Assembly (NCBI GenBank): GCA_030390025.1
Contig: CM059431.1
Span: 135,038,001-135,102,000, forward strand
DNA: 64,000 nt
Reading direction: 5' to 3'
Origin: Squalus acanthias
Taxonomy: Eukaryota
In this document: positions 50,490 to 63,469 of the stretch, one piece after another
How the letters are laid out: each line of letters begins with the position of its first letter
How positions within the stretch are numbered: the first letter of the stretch is position 1
The notes under the pieces: model-generated
What the model was told of the DNA's origin: nothing
Database searches by the model: none
What the model saw: the letters and a program-made list of their open reading frames with translations, nothing else
Translations under genes and position numbers: made by a program

Positions 50490-52251
50490 GGCTGGAATTT
50501 TTCGGGGGGGTCAGTGGGCGGATCAGGTGGAAAAGTGTTTTTTTTAGACAGCGGGGCAGACCCCGCTGTCAACCCGCCGCCACGCGCCTTTCCCAATGTC
50601 GGGTCTGTCAGCGCTGAGCAGACCCGACAGGCAGCGGCGGGCGACCCAATTAATCTCATTAACATCTAGTTGACAGATCATTAACAGGCTTTTTTAACTT
50701 ACCTTTTCACTTTAACTTCATGGCCATGGTAACCACACTGTTTGGAGACCACGGCTGTCAACCTGAGGCGGGAGTTCAGTGGCCATTGCTCCAGCTGATT
50801 ACTTGACAGCTTCAAATGTACAGTAAAAGCTCCCACCTGACAGATAATCACCTTCCTCAGCCACAAGCTGTATCTCAGTCCATTTCCAGCACAGATTCTG
50901 CAGGCTTTCCACTTTCCACTCTCCATCCAGTATCACCTCATTGGAAGAACTCTCTCACCATTGACAGGATGCTGCTGTCATCTCTACTTCACCTGCCATC
51001 TATTCCATCAACATGGGTGCCCTTTATACTGTCTCACCTTGGTCCTCAGAATCTGACCAAAATCAGCCCGAACACCAGCAGCACCAGGCACACCAGCAGC
51101 ACCAACATCAACACCAACCTTCTCCGCATTACCTGATGCTGCGCAGGACACAGGGCATCAGCACCTGACCACATTGCTGCCCGGGAGGTCAGGGATGGCC
51201 TCACCATGGCTAGATTTACTTCACTTGAAGCTGTACACCCTGGCTGCCACATGATGCATCAGGTTGGCACCACCCCACACCAACACCATAAAGCATCCCT
51301 ACAATGTCCGAGCCATTCTTTTCACACTCACCACCATTGCGGGGGGTACCGTTATGTCTCACCATTCACTGCAACTCACTAAGCCACTTCCAAAGGTGCA
51401 CACAAATCTGTCCAAAAATGCAAAGTGTTGAAAATAAAGATTTCAATGTTTAACAGCACATTAACAGAAACTTTACACGAACATTGGATAAAACACCCAA
51501 GTGGCTACAGTTGTGTGTTGTTAGTTGATATGATTGCACTCGGATGAGGGTGAGTGTGAGGGGGTGGCTAGTGAGATTGGGATGTGATAATGTAGATAGA
51601 GAGAGAGGGATGGGTGGAGGTGCAAGGTAAGTTGGTGTGAGTAAGGATGTGCAGGAGTAGGGTAGGGAAGGCAGAGTGATGGGGATGTGATGAGAGGCAC
51701 AGAAAGACAAAGGTGAGCGTGGCTTTGTACTAACGTTTCGTGATCTAATGAGATCATTGAAAGGTTTGTGCCACTGCACCCAGGTCCTCCTAACGACATC
51801 CCTGCTTGTGCCCTCCTGTGTAATTTGCAACCAGGCTGTGTTGATCTCCTGGGGAGGTCTCTTCCGCCCATCGGAAGGGAAGAGGAGCTTCATGCATGCT
51901 CTGACTCCCTCCATAAACATATAGAGTGGTCATGGGAGAACCTGGGTGCCACCGTACACCTTTGTGCAGTGCTTGTCAGTGTTTGCAGCACCTCAATGCT
52001 GTAGAACACTGACAACACAAATGTCAAAATAAAGTTGGCCATGGTCCCTTTAAGGAAACCGGCTGACGCATCATGAAATGATGTCACCAGACCCGCTTCC
52101 TCTAATTGGACCGGCAAACGCGCTGGGCGGGCTTAGCAAGCCCTATCAAGGGAAAATCATTTTGGACAGCCGGATGGAGCCAGCAGCAGGGTCGGGAACC
52201 ACCACTGATATCGCTCGCCCTGGACCTGCCAAGTTGAGCCAAATCCCGGCC
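50490..52251 (+). mobile_element. Non-autonomous Harbinger deletion derivative (sister of 16491-18266)
   Basis: TIR GGCTGGAATTT / AAATCCCGGCC; TCT/TCT TSD; same two deletion junctions as the 16491 copy. Confidence 0.9.
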
Positions 52252-52704
52252 TCTCTTTCTCAGCCCCCTTCTCTCCCCAACTTCTTTCTCTCAAATTTCA
52301 CTCTGTGAACTCCCCCACCCTCACTCTTTCTCTCACCCTCACCCCTTTTCACTTTCTCTCAACTCACGCTCACCCTATTCAACCCTTCCCTCTCATTCCA
52401 TCCTCCCCTTTTTTCTCCCTCCCCCTACTACTCGCTCTTCATACTTTGTTTGCTTCAAAATTTAACTTTAAAAAGAAAACTAAATAGAATGAGGAAAGAC
52501 CTATTTGTCTGTCTTTCTCTCTACTTGTGCCTTTCTTTTCTCTTTCTTATTTCTGTTAGAAATTGGAACCTCGGTCTCACGCATATAAGTCACTAGCATT
52601 GACCATTTCCAACTGTCAAAAAGAAGTTGGAGATAATTAGCTAGTTTCAAACTCCAATTGGTCTTTTTGGTTTTGAAAAATGAACATTAGAATGAACAGA
52701 CATT

Positions 52705-52842
52705 TCGGGTGAATTTCCCCAGGGGTTCTGTTGCTTTTCTGCCATAATTTTGGTGGAAAGACTGCGGCTATCCCATGAAAACAGCATAAACAACCAAAGT
52801 TTTTGTGGATGAACAGGAGAACATCCATGGAAATTCATCCCC
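52705..52842. mobile_element. Small MITE (about 140 bp)
   Basis: Inverted ends GGGTGAATTTCC / GGAAATTCATCC. Confidence 0.5.
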
Positions 52843-54099
52843 CTTCTCTCTCTCTCTCTCTCTCTCTCACTCTGTTTAATTCATTTTATATTAATTTTAA
52901 AATTCTTACAAAAGCTACAACAGGTGTGTAATTAGTACACTGTCATTCTTCTCACTGTCTCACACAGGCATACATTTACACTGCTTCTTTAAAAAATACT
53001 CAAGAAAAACTTTCCTCAATTAAGCATTTGAAATTTGACCTCTTGTTTTTCAAAATTATTTTAAGAAAACTACTGAGCAAATGCTCTACTAAGTACAATA
53101 GTGCATCAAGACAGCTGACTGAATCGTACTGGGAAATTGTGTACCCTGCATATGGTCAGACTGCAAAACCCAAAATCAGATCAGAGTAAACAACAACTTG
53201 AACAACATAAAAATGTTACAAGGTGCCTCATTGAGACATAATCAGAAAGAAATGGGCGACAAGCTAAATCAAGAAATAATAGGAGTGTTGGGACTATAAA
53301 TGGCTCACTTCCAAAAGGAAATCCTCACTGCTGACAGGGCCTTTTCCTCCCCAACAGAGCTCCAAATTCCAACCAGTAATAGCAGCAGGAAAACATCATG
53401 GCAACTATCGGTAGGGGAAGGAAAAGAATCCAGGAAAACCCTCTGATCACTGAATGAAGCACACAGCAATAGCTGCAGACCAGTGATCCGTCAACAAAAC
53501 AGTAGGCCCTGCGCAAAGGAACATACTATACCATTAGTCACTCAACCATATTTGAAACAGGCCAATCAATCTCCCTACCCCCACCCCCCACCCCACCACC
53601 GCCACCAACAGTATGCTAAAATGTTGCACACCCTCCCCACCAAATTGAGAAAAGATGTAGTTCCAGGATAAAGTAGTTCCAGGATAAAGCCAATCACCAA
53701 AGTTAGTCCAGGTGAGAAAGAACTTGTCCCTGACTGAGGAGCATCTAGCCTCCCCTCCCCAACACCACGTGGAGCATTCAGGCCTCCAGTCCACCCTCCA
53801 CAGAGCAGCATCTTGGGAGCTGCCCAATGACCACCTCTGTAGATTTCAGCACACAAAATTAACATCCCCCCCACCCCTCTACTGTGGAGCAATGGCCCAG
53901 TTCTCCATCCCCACCCCAACTGAAGACCATTCCATTCTCAAATCCCCATCATCAACAAAGTGCCATTCTGGGCTCCCACCACTTCAGCAGTTTGTATATT
54001 GACATTGGCATTGGAGCATTCAAACCTCAAGCCCCCATCCCCAATAAACAGGATGTTTACCTTGGACAAGCCCAAGGAAGATCATTCGGGCTACTGATT

Positions 54100-54500
54100 C
54101 CTCCCACTCCTTCTCACCTTTCCGCTCCTCTCTCCCTTCTCTATCCTTTTCCTTCCTCCTCTCTCCCTCTCCTCAGTCCCTTTCAACTTCCCTCTCAACT
54201 GCCTTCCCCTCTCCCTATCCACCTCCTGTACTATTTTCTCTCCTTCTTTCCCCTCCCTTACTTTCCTCTCTGCCTTCCCCTTCTCTCCCTGTACTTTTAC
54301 TTCCCTTCCCTTCCTCTCCCCTCTCTCTCTCTTTCTATCTTTTCAACCCAACCCCAATCCTTATATACTTTACCACTCACCCCTCCTTCTCCCCTCTTCA
54401 CTCTCCCTCTTACTCTCCTTCCCGCTTCTGTTTCCCCACCCTCCTATCTTCATCCTTCCATCTACCTTCCTCACCTTAGTCCAATTATTTCCCTGCCCTC
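54100..54500. repeat. Polypyrimidine (CT-rich) low-complexity tract
   Basis: Strongly C/T-rich on the + strand. Confidence 0.8.
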
Positions 54501-55220
54501 TAGCCTTGCTTGACCTATACTGTCCTTGCATTGATTCCCTATGTGCAACACTAAGGGAAATGCACTAGTATCTTATTAAAAATCTTTTTGAATCAACTAC
54601 TTTCCATTTTATATTTCTGTGCCCACATTTATAATAGGTTTTGCCCATATAAACTCATAACTCTGATTGCACAATCTGGCCACATGGTTCCCAATAACTG
54701 CTCAAAATAAATTTTGAACATTTATTCATTTATCACTTTTTTCGCAGTAAATGAAATTTCAACTGTCCAAACAAGGGTTTAACCAAAATTTTAAAAAAAA
54801 CAAATAGTAATACAATAAATTTTCTTTTAATAACTTCATTACATTTTTTACATGAAGGTCTCATCCTCTGCAAAAGGTGCTGATGGCTTAAAAATCCGAA
54901 CACACCATTTTTGGGTGTGCATGGGGTGGGGGGAGCATAGCTGGGGTACAATAATCGAGTTACATATAAAATAAAAGGTGGTACCTAGTGTTAGACAACT
55001 ACTTGTAAGATAGCTAAGAGCTTTCCAAATTTATAGTTCTCCATGTCAAGTGATAAGTAATGTGCAGCAGTTGAAATAGTATAGTGCGGTAAAAGTAGCT
55101 GTTGTCCTGCTTGTTAAATGCACTGTTCTCAACACAATACTGCACTACGAGAAATTACTAAGGATAATAGATAGCAGGCACTGTAATCTCCAAGGTGTTT
55201 CTTGAATGAAAAGAATCTAT

Positions 55221-55926
55221 GGGGGTAAAATTGGGTTGCTTTGCACCTCCCATTAGAGCCCCGGGTGGGGGGGGGGCGCTAATGGGGCGCAAAGCCCCTA
55301 GTGCCTGGGCGTGGCACCGCTAACTCCTGCCTTGAAATTCAGCGGGAGGTTAGCGGTGGCAGTAGCTGGTAGCGTCCCGCGGTGCTGTGCCTCCAGCGAT
55401 GATGTCATCACCATGCTCAGCGCCCCGGCCGCAAACTTCAGATGCGCCCCCTGACCTACCGCCGGACGATATGTCCGATGGGACCAGGGTGGTGTTTTTG
55501 CGGCGGCGGCGCAAATTAAAGGACAGGTGCCGGGCGGCCATTTTCTTTTGCACCACCTGCCACCTGCCCCCTTCCGCTTCTTCATGCGGGGTGCCAGCTG
55601 CAATCGCTCAGCCCGGCACTCCTCTTGAGTGCGGGGCTCTTTTGCCGGCACCCCGCTCCCCGGTGGTCCAGCAGGGCCCCAGTGTGCGCTGCGCTAGGCC
55701 CCTCCCCTGTAATCAGCTCCGCATCATGTAATCAGGGGAGGGAGGCCTGTAATACCGTGGTGCTACGTGCCGACGCGCATTGCGCTGTTGCAAGGAGCGC
55801 CGCGATAATGAATGGTAGTGCTACCACTCAATTTACGGCGCAGGGGTGCTAACTTTTTCAGGGCGCTAAAAGTAGCGCCCCGGCGAAGTTAGCACCCCAA
55901 GGGGGGCGCGACTGAATTTTTCCCCC
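55221..55926. mobile_element. Harbinger MITE (sister of 9803-10540)
   Basis: GGGGGTAAAATT...AATTTTTCCCCC with a TAT/TAT TSD; colinear with the 9803 copy. Confidence 0.85.
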
Positions 55927-56360
55927 TATAACTCTTCAATGTTTAAGGTGTAACTGAGTTATTCAGATCTTCCCCCAACAGATACAAAGGTGAGAATGTC
56001 GAAAGTCTGACTTGTAGGCCTAGAAATTAGTTTGTGTAGTGCCCATATTTCAGGCAAAGAAAGGGCTTTGCAGGACCCAATTTGGCATGCGGCATGTGCG
56101 CACTCAGTCCACACCTGAAGTGCGCCAAATCTATATTAGCTCAGGCACTCTGTAATCATGCAGGGTGCCTGCCCGAAACTGCTATTAGGAATGTGGAATC
56201 AGGAGGAGCACTCCTGCTCCTCCAAGCTTCACATTCAGGTAAGTAATAATTTTAAACTTCCCTTTTGGGTGGCAGCCTCCGGCAGTACTTTTAAGGTATT
56301 TAAGCTTTAGAATTCCAAAACTTGAGGGACCGTCAGCAGCACTTGAAAAGAATTTTCAAG

Positions 56361-57508
56361 TGATTGAATTTTTCGAGGGGGTGACTAGGTGTGTGGATGA
56401 GGTTAGTGCAGTTGATGTAGTCTACATGGACTTCAGTAAGGCTTTTGACAAAGTCCCACATGGGAGACTGGTCAAGAAGGTAAGAGCCCATGGGATCCAG
56501 GGCAATTTGGCACATTGGATCCAAAATTGGCTTAGTGGCAGGAGGCAGAGGGTGATGGTCGAAGGTTGTTTTTGTGACTGGAAGCCTGTGCCCAGTGGTG
56601 TACCACAGGGATCGGTGCTGGGTCCTTTGCTGTTTGTAGTGTACATTAATGATTTAGATATGAATGTAGGAGGTATGATCAGTAAGTTTGCAGGTGACGC
56701 GAAAATTGGTGGAGTGGTAAATAGCGAGGAGGGAAGCCTCAGGCTACAGGCCGATATAGTCGGGTTGGTCAGATGGGCAGAACAGTGGCAAATGAAATTT
56801 AACCCTGAAAAGTGTGAGGTGATGTATTTTGGGAGGACTAACAAGGCAAGAGAATACACAATGAAAGGTAGGACCCTAGGAAGGACAGAGGATCAGAGGG
56901 ACCTTGGTGTGCATGTACATAGATCCCTGAAGGCAGCAGGACAGGTAGATAAGGTGGTTAAAAAGGCATATGGGATACTGTGTGCAGTTCTGGTCGCCAC
57001 ACTATAGGAGGGATGTGATTGCATTGGAGAGGGTGCAGAGGAGATTCACCAGGATGTTACCTGAGCTGCAGCGCTTCAGCTATGAAGAGAGACTGGACAG
57101 GCTGGGGTTGTTTTCCTTAGAGCAGAGAAGGCTGAGGGGGGACCTGATTGAGGTGTACAAAATTTTGAGGGGCATAGATAGGGTAGATAGAAAGGAACTT
57201 TTGCCCTTAGTAGAGGGGTCAATAACCAGGGGGCTAGTTTCAAGGTAAGGGGTAGGAGGTTTAGAGGGGATTTGAGGAAAAACTTTTTCACCCAGAGGGT
57301 GGTTGGAATCTGGAACTCACTGCCTGAAAGGGTGGTAGAGGCAGGAACCCTCACAACATTCAAGAAACATTTAGATGAGCACTTGAAACGCCATAGCATA
57401 CAAGGCTATGGACCAAGTGCTGGAAAATGGGATTAGAATAGACAGGGCTTGATGGCCGGCGCAGACACGATGGGCCGAAGGGCCTCTTTCTGTGCTGTAT
57501 AACTCTAT
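56361..57508 (+). mobile_element. CR1 LINE 3' portion (RT and tail)
   Basis: IEFFE, YMDFSKAFDKVPH, GVPQGSVLGP. The (ACTCTATG)n tail resumes at 58277 after the MITE. Confidence 0.92.
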
Positions 57509-58276
57509 GGGCTAGATTTTGAATGACCCATGGAGTCGGGTTTGGAGGCGTGTGGGGGGTTAAATTTGCGAGGTCGGGGTTTCCGACCCCATCCCAACTC
57601 CATCCCGCCTCCACGCAATTTTGACAAAATCAGTCGCGGGTTTCCCGACTCCGTCCCGCCTCCAAGAGGTGGGAAAGGCCATTAAAGCCCTTAACAAGCT
57701 CTAAATTGGCTCTGTAATGCCATTTTGAAACGTTTTAGCTAGTTTAACCCTTTTCTGATGTGAAGTACGCCTGGTGTGAAACACTCCAGTGAAACCTGGC
57801 GGGAGCACAAGTGGACAGCTGACTATCAGCTGCAGGTCCACTATTACAACGGAGATGTGATGAAGGTTGTAGTAGTATTAGGTCTGAAAGTCGCCGCTGC
57901 TGCATTGAATGTGTTCAGAGACTGCCTGGCCTTTGCTGTGAGAGGACTTGGATGCAAAAAAAGTTCTCTCGCTCTCTCTCTCTCTCTCTCCTTTCCCCCC
58001 CATATTTTGCATCCAGGTCCACTCACATCAAAAGCAAGCCAGGCAGGTCCTCTCTCACCAACAGTCTCTGAGACAAGGCAGTCAGGATTGATGACATCAT
58101 CAGAGGCGACTTTCAGACTGAAACCACTAATTGGTTCATGGGTTCCCACATGCTGGAACTCAATTGCCCAATTAAGTGAAAATTGCATCATTCATCCACA
58201 TTAATCTGGAGTCGGGGGGAAAACACGAAATGCGGATTACACGACCCCAACCCGACCCCAAGACAAAATCCAGCCC
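57509..58276. mobile_element. Harbinger MITE (sister of 20575-21250), inserted in a CR1 tail
   Basis: GGGCTAGATTTT / AAAATCCAGCCC ends; long internal similarity to the 20575 copy. Confidence 0.88.
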
Positions 58277-58339
58277 ATATGACTCTATGACTCTATAATT
58301 GTGCATATTTTGTTCAAAAAGCAAATACCAATGATTCCA

Positions 58340-59240
58340 CATTAAAACTGCAGATGACATGAAACTAAGAAACATAGTAAACAATGAGGAGGATAATAAC
58401 AGACTTCAGGAGGACATAGACAGACTGTGAGATGGAAAGACACAGGGCAGATGAAATTTAATGCAGAAAAGTGTGAAATGGTACATTTTGGTATGAAGAA
58501 TGAGGAGAGGCAATTTAAACTAAATGGTACAATTTTAAAGGGGGTGCAGAAACAGAGAGACCTGGGTGTGTATGTACACAAATCTTTGAAGGTGGCAGGT
58601 CAAGTTGCATACGGGATCCATGGCTTTATTAATCAAGGAATAGAGTACAAAAGCAAGGAAGTTATTCTAAACCTTTATAAAACACTGGTTAGGCCTCAGC
58701 TGGAGTATTGTGTTCAACTCTGGGCACCACACTTTAGGAAGGATGTCAAGGCCTTTAGAGAGGGTGCAGAAGAGATTTACTAGAATGATACGAAGGATGA
58801 GGAACTTCAGTTATGTGGAGAAACTGGAGAAGCTGGGGTTGTTCTCCTTGGAGCAGAGTAGGTTAAGGGGAGATTTGATAGAGGTATTCAAAATCATGAA
58901 TTGTTTTTGATAGAATGAATAAGGAGAAACTGCTTCCAGTGGCAGAACGATTGGTAACCAGATTGAAGATGATTGGCAAAATTACCAGAGACGATATTTT
59001 TACACAGCGAGTTGTTGTGATCTGGCATACACTGCCTGATAGGGTGGTGGAAACAGATTCAACTCTAACATTCAAAAGAGAATTGGATAAATACTTGAAG
59101 GGAAAATATGTACTGGGCTCTGGGGAAAGAGCAGGGGAGTGGAATTAATTGGATAGCTCTACCAAAGAGCCAGCACCTGCACGATGGGCCGCATGGCCTC
59201 GTTCTGTATTATATCATTCTATAATTTTATGATTCTATGA
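58340..59240 (+). mobile_element. CR1 LINE 3' fragment
   Basis: QMKFNAEKCE, LVRPQLEYCVQLW, FTQRVV; ATTCTATGA tail. Confidence 0.88.
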
Positions 59241-59456
59241 TAAAAGCTTCTAAGTAATTCAATATATGTGGTGTTTTGGGGTGTGCTGAGAATGTTCTAA
59301 GACTACATAAATGCTAGTTTTTTTATTTTTTCAATGCAACATATTTTCATATGCTTACCATATTTACTGGCACTGGTGATTAATTATATGATAGTAGTGC
59401 TAGGATCATAGTAATGTACCATTGTGAATATGTAATGTACAGTCTTTTTTTGTTAG

Positions 59457-59592
59457 TTGTGTCTGTTTGGCTCAGTTTGTTGCACTTTCACATCTGGGTC
59501 AGCAGGTTATAAGTTCAAGCCCTATGCCCGAGTTTCAAAATCAGGCCTGACATTCCAGTGTAGTAGTTAGGGAGGTCCTTTGGGTGACCTAT
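59457..59592 (+). mobile_element. Old DeuSINE head, interrupted by a MITE
   Basis: TGGCTCAGTT...AGTTCAAGCCC...CTGACATTCCAGTGTAGT. SINE-like sequence resumes at about 60355. Confidence 0.55.
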
Positions 59593-60354
59593 GACCCAGG
59601 ATTTGCTAGAGCGGGGCATCTCGCAGTCTGCCTCGTTTGTTAGATTTTTTCCCCCACTCTTCAACTCGAAGGTTTTTTGCACCGCAACTTGCTGGAAGTG
59701 GGAGCTGATAATGAGGCATCTGGGACCTTGGTGAATGATGGGACCAACAGTCTAACTCCTCAACATTTAAGGATAAAGAAAGAAAGAAACAGAGGAATGA
59801 TGGAGAAGGAAATAGGTTGAATTAGAGTCAAATTAGATACAGAAATAGAAATAAAGAGAGGGAAATAAAAATTGGATTAAGCGAGAGAGAAAAGAGAGAC
59901 AGAAAGACAAAGTAAAAAAAATTTAAAAAGAAAATTACATTTTAAATTTTAAAAACCTCTGTAATCAATTTACGACCTACAGGAATGAGAATCCATAGCC
60001 TCATTTGTTCCCTTTCTGGGCCGGAGAAGTTGAGTGGCATTGCAGGAACCCTAAACTATTGGATCAACAAATCCTTCAACTTGATCATTACCAAGGATAA
60101 GATAACAATGCCAAGTACGAGCCCTAATTTTCTGTGGTGATTTTAATTTGTATTTACTGCGCAAATGCAGACATTTCTTGAAACTCATGGGGAGGTTAAC
60201 GACAAGCTGCCGGTTTTGAGAGGCTAATGGCAAATTCGTCCAGCAATTCATGGTGATTCACAACTCACCGGTTATCTCTTCCTCACCACAAATTGCTAGC
60301 TAATAATGGCGTGCGCATTAAACTCGTTGTTATTGTCTCAGCAAATTCTGGACC
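59593..60354. mobile_element. MITE with imperfect TIRs
   Basis: GACCCAGGATTTGCT / AGCAAATTCTGGACC; similar internal segment in the 63470 element. Confidence 0.6.
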
Positions 60355-61989
60355 ATTAAACTCAGGTTTGTCTGAGCCTTAGGTTTCAGTGGATGGTGAG
60401 TAATACAAAGATTGGTTTAGCAACAAGTAGCTTTTGGTGGTACGGTTTGTAATTATTAATTCGGGCTCGAAGATAATTGGCTATTTGTGCTGGTCCAGGA
60501 ACAAGTTATTACTGTACAGTATTTTGTGTACAAAACAATAATGCCACCAGTTAAGCCACTATATCTGGTGGCTGTTAAAATGGACATTGTCTCCAGTGCT
60601 GTAGCCAACTAGCATATCTGTGATTTTGCAATAAGAATTGCATAGCTTGTCAGATGCTATTTAAGATTACGTTATGTGACTGATGGACTCCCAGGTAGGA
60701 CATTAATAGAGTTTTGGTATAGATCCACTGAACAGGGACTGGAAGGGATCATGCTGCAAATGAATGACAATCGAATTATTTTCTGCCTATAATACTTGAA
60801 TCAATTGTCATCTTGCTGTCATAAGTCTCTAGCATTATGTATGGTCTGACTGTTAGTTTTGATTAACATCTGCTAACATATGGCCTTAACAAATGGCTTG
60901 CATTTCTCCATGCTTGAAGACAGCATAACAGCAAAGATTATTAAAAATAGACAATTTTCCTATAAAGAGTATAAAAAATCATCTGAAAAAACAGGCGAAT
61001 CAATGCCTAGCATTAACTTTCTAATTACAATCTATTCTCCCAATCTAATCAATCAAAGTCCTATCAGCAGATTTTACATATTTGTCTATTTTAATGATAT
61101 TTGCAGTCATTTCACTTTTAAAGAAGTTCATTGAGGGAAGCTTGAATTCAGCATGACAGGATGTACATAAGTACAGTCTTTAAATATTGTAATGACAAAA
61201 AGGCAGTTCTGAGGAAGTATCTTCACAGCAGCAGTCAAAATTTGACATTGTTTTCTTATCATTGGTAACGATCAAGTTGAAGGATTTGTTCATCCAATAG
61301 TTTAGGGCTTATCTATGAAATCATACTGTATAAAATTAAAAATTACACTTTGATTCTGTTTAATGCAATTCTCTTATCTAATTTATTTTTTGGTCAGACA
61401 GATGGATGTCTGACTCATGTGGAAACTCATCACCATGCATAAGAATCTTCTAGCCAAGCCAAGGAATGCACATAAGTAGAGTTTCCATTTGTCTGATGTA
61501 GATTGCACACTCTATCGCCTTAGTAATGCACCACACTTAGTTAAGCTTAGGAAACTTAGTTGCAGGTTGGCAACAGCAAAAGCATAAGGACCCACAATGT
61601 CTGTAGCAATCACGCAAAGGACACATTAGTTTTGCCAAGGTACTTGTACAACCATAAATAACTGAGCAGATATTGTAGAGGGAGAGTATTGTCAGAAACA
61701 ATTTGACACAGATGGTTTTGCACTGCTGCCTGATAAGTTTATCATGAGTGGTAAGATTCTGTTGTCAATTAGCTGAGTTTATTCTGCAGTACTGCAAAAT
61801 GTGTTCACTGTGCAATGGAGTAGTGATTCACTGGAGTGTTAAATAAAAATGAACGTACACATATGTGAATTATTACTTAGTAGCTGTGTAGGAATAATGC
61901 ATCAGGTTTTAGGTTTATTTCTTGGGTTCTTATTTGTGATGTCCAGTTTGGCTTTTGAGTCATTCAAATGACTTTGAGATAAATAAGCT

Positions 61990-62835
61990 AAGTCCCAGAC
62001 AAAGTGGCTCAAAACCAATAAATCCCCATGGGTAGATATTTACCTCAGAATGCTATGAAAGACTAGGGAGGAGTTTTGTGAGGCATTGACAGTCATTAGG
62101 CGGGAGTTACTGAACACTGGGAGTAGTTTGGAAACAGGTTACATTTCGAAAGGGTGCTAAAGCATACTGTGGCAATTACAGTACTGTGGAAATAGCTAAG
62201 AGTGAAATTAGAAGAGACCTAGGAGTCCTTTTAGACTCAACACTCAAATTGTCCAACCAATGGAGAGCAGCAACGAACAAAGTCAATAGAATGTTGAACT
62301 ATGTAGCCAAAATAATAGAATACAAGTCATGGTCAAATTGTGTAGTGCTGTAGTCAGACCGCACCTTGAGTACTGTGACTAGTTGTGATCAACAAGGCAC
62401 AAGACATTCAAGCACTGGAGTTAGGGTGGAGAATGATTGATCTCTAATGTCAGAAGTCTAAGTTATGAGAACAGATTGAAGAAACTTGGATTTTTCAGCC
62501 ATAAAAGGAGATGTCTAAAAGGTGATCTTATAAAAGTATATATGACACTTAATAATATGGAAACAGTAAATCCAGAAAAAGTTAATTACGAGAGTAATGG
62601 GTTACAGCTTCAAACCAGTAAAAGGCACATTTAGAACTGATATCAATGAGTTATTTTGCACATCAGGAATAATTAATTAATGAAATGGACTTTCAGATAG
62701 CGTAGTGGAGGTGAAAGCCCTGGAATCATTTAAGAAACAATTAGTTGCTGTCATGGGAGGGGCTTTAGGGTATTTCTGGATGGATGAACTAAAATGGGCT
62801 GAATAGCATCCCTCATCCATAATTATCTTGTAATT
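61990..62835 (+). mobile_element. Old, heavily decayed CR1 LINE
   Basis: Remnants of RDLGV, VRPHLEYC, LSYENRLKKLG and LKGDLIKVY, plus a tail-like end. Confidence 0.7.
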
Positions 62836-63469
62836 TTGTGATTAAATTAAAAAGACCCAACGATAGCTCAGCCATCAGTTAAACACCATTTTACTCTTAG
62901 CTTCCCCAAATATATCAAAGATTGATGTATTACTAATTACTTTATTTCTCTACTTCTGTATGATCAAGGATAATATGATTGAGAGTGTAACATTATTCAG
63001 TTAATTTCAGAATTGCAGTTACAACCTTAGCTATGTCTAAGTAACATAGTATAACAGTAACTTACATTCAATTTTGAAGATTACAGTGTGTGTTTGACAA
63101 AGTTATCTGATCACAGTTTAAATAGCAATGTTAGTGGTAACAACTGTGTGCTTCCTGTTTAAGTCTCTAATTTGGAAGAAAGTAATATTTGGTCTGATAA
63201 TAAGCATATAACTACGATATCAAATTAGTTCCATTTTCCTCTACTGTGTGTTGGCTTTGGCCTCTGTGATATATCTTGCTTCCTGAGTCCTCAGCAGTCT
63301 TCTTTTTCTAACTTCTCGCGAATACCTCAGGCGTCATACTATATTTATTATGCTTCTCCTAATTGAAGTCATTGAGTACATTATTGGATTACACTATCAT
63401 CATACTATCATACACTATCCTAACAGTGGAACTGTAGTTGAACACACTCTAAATGTTCTGAAACGCATT

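Noticed and set aside
53884..54513. 209-aa Pro/Leu/Ser-rich ORF
   Set aside because: Product of a CT-rich tract that lacks stop codons.
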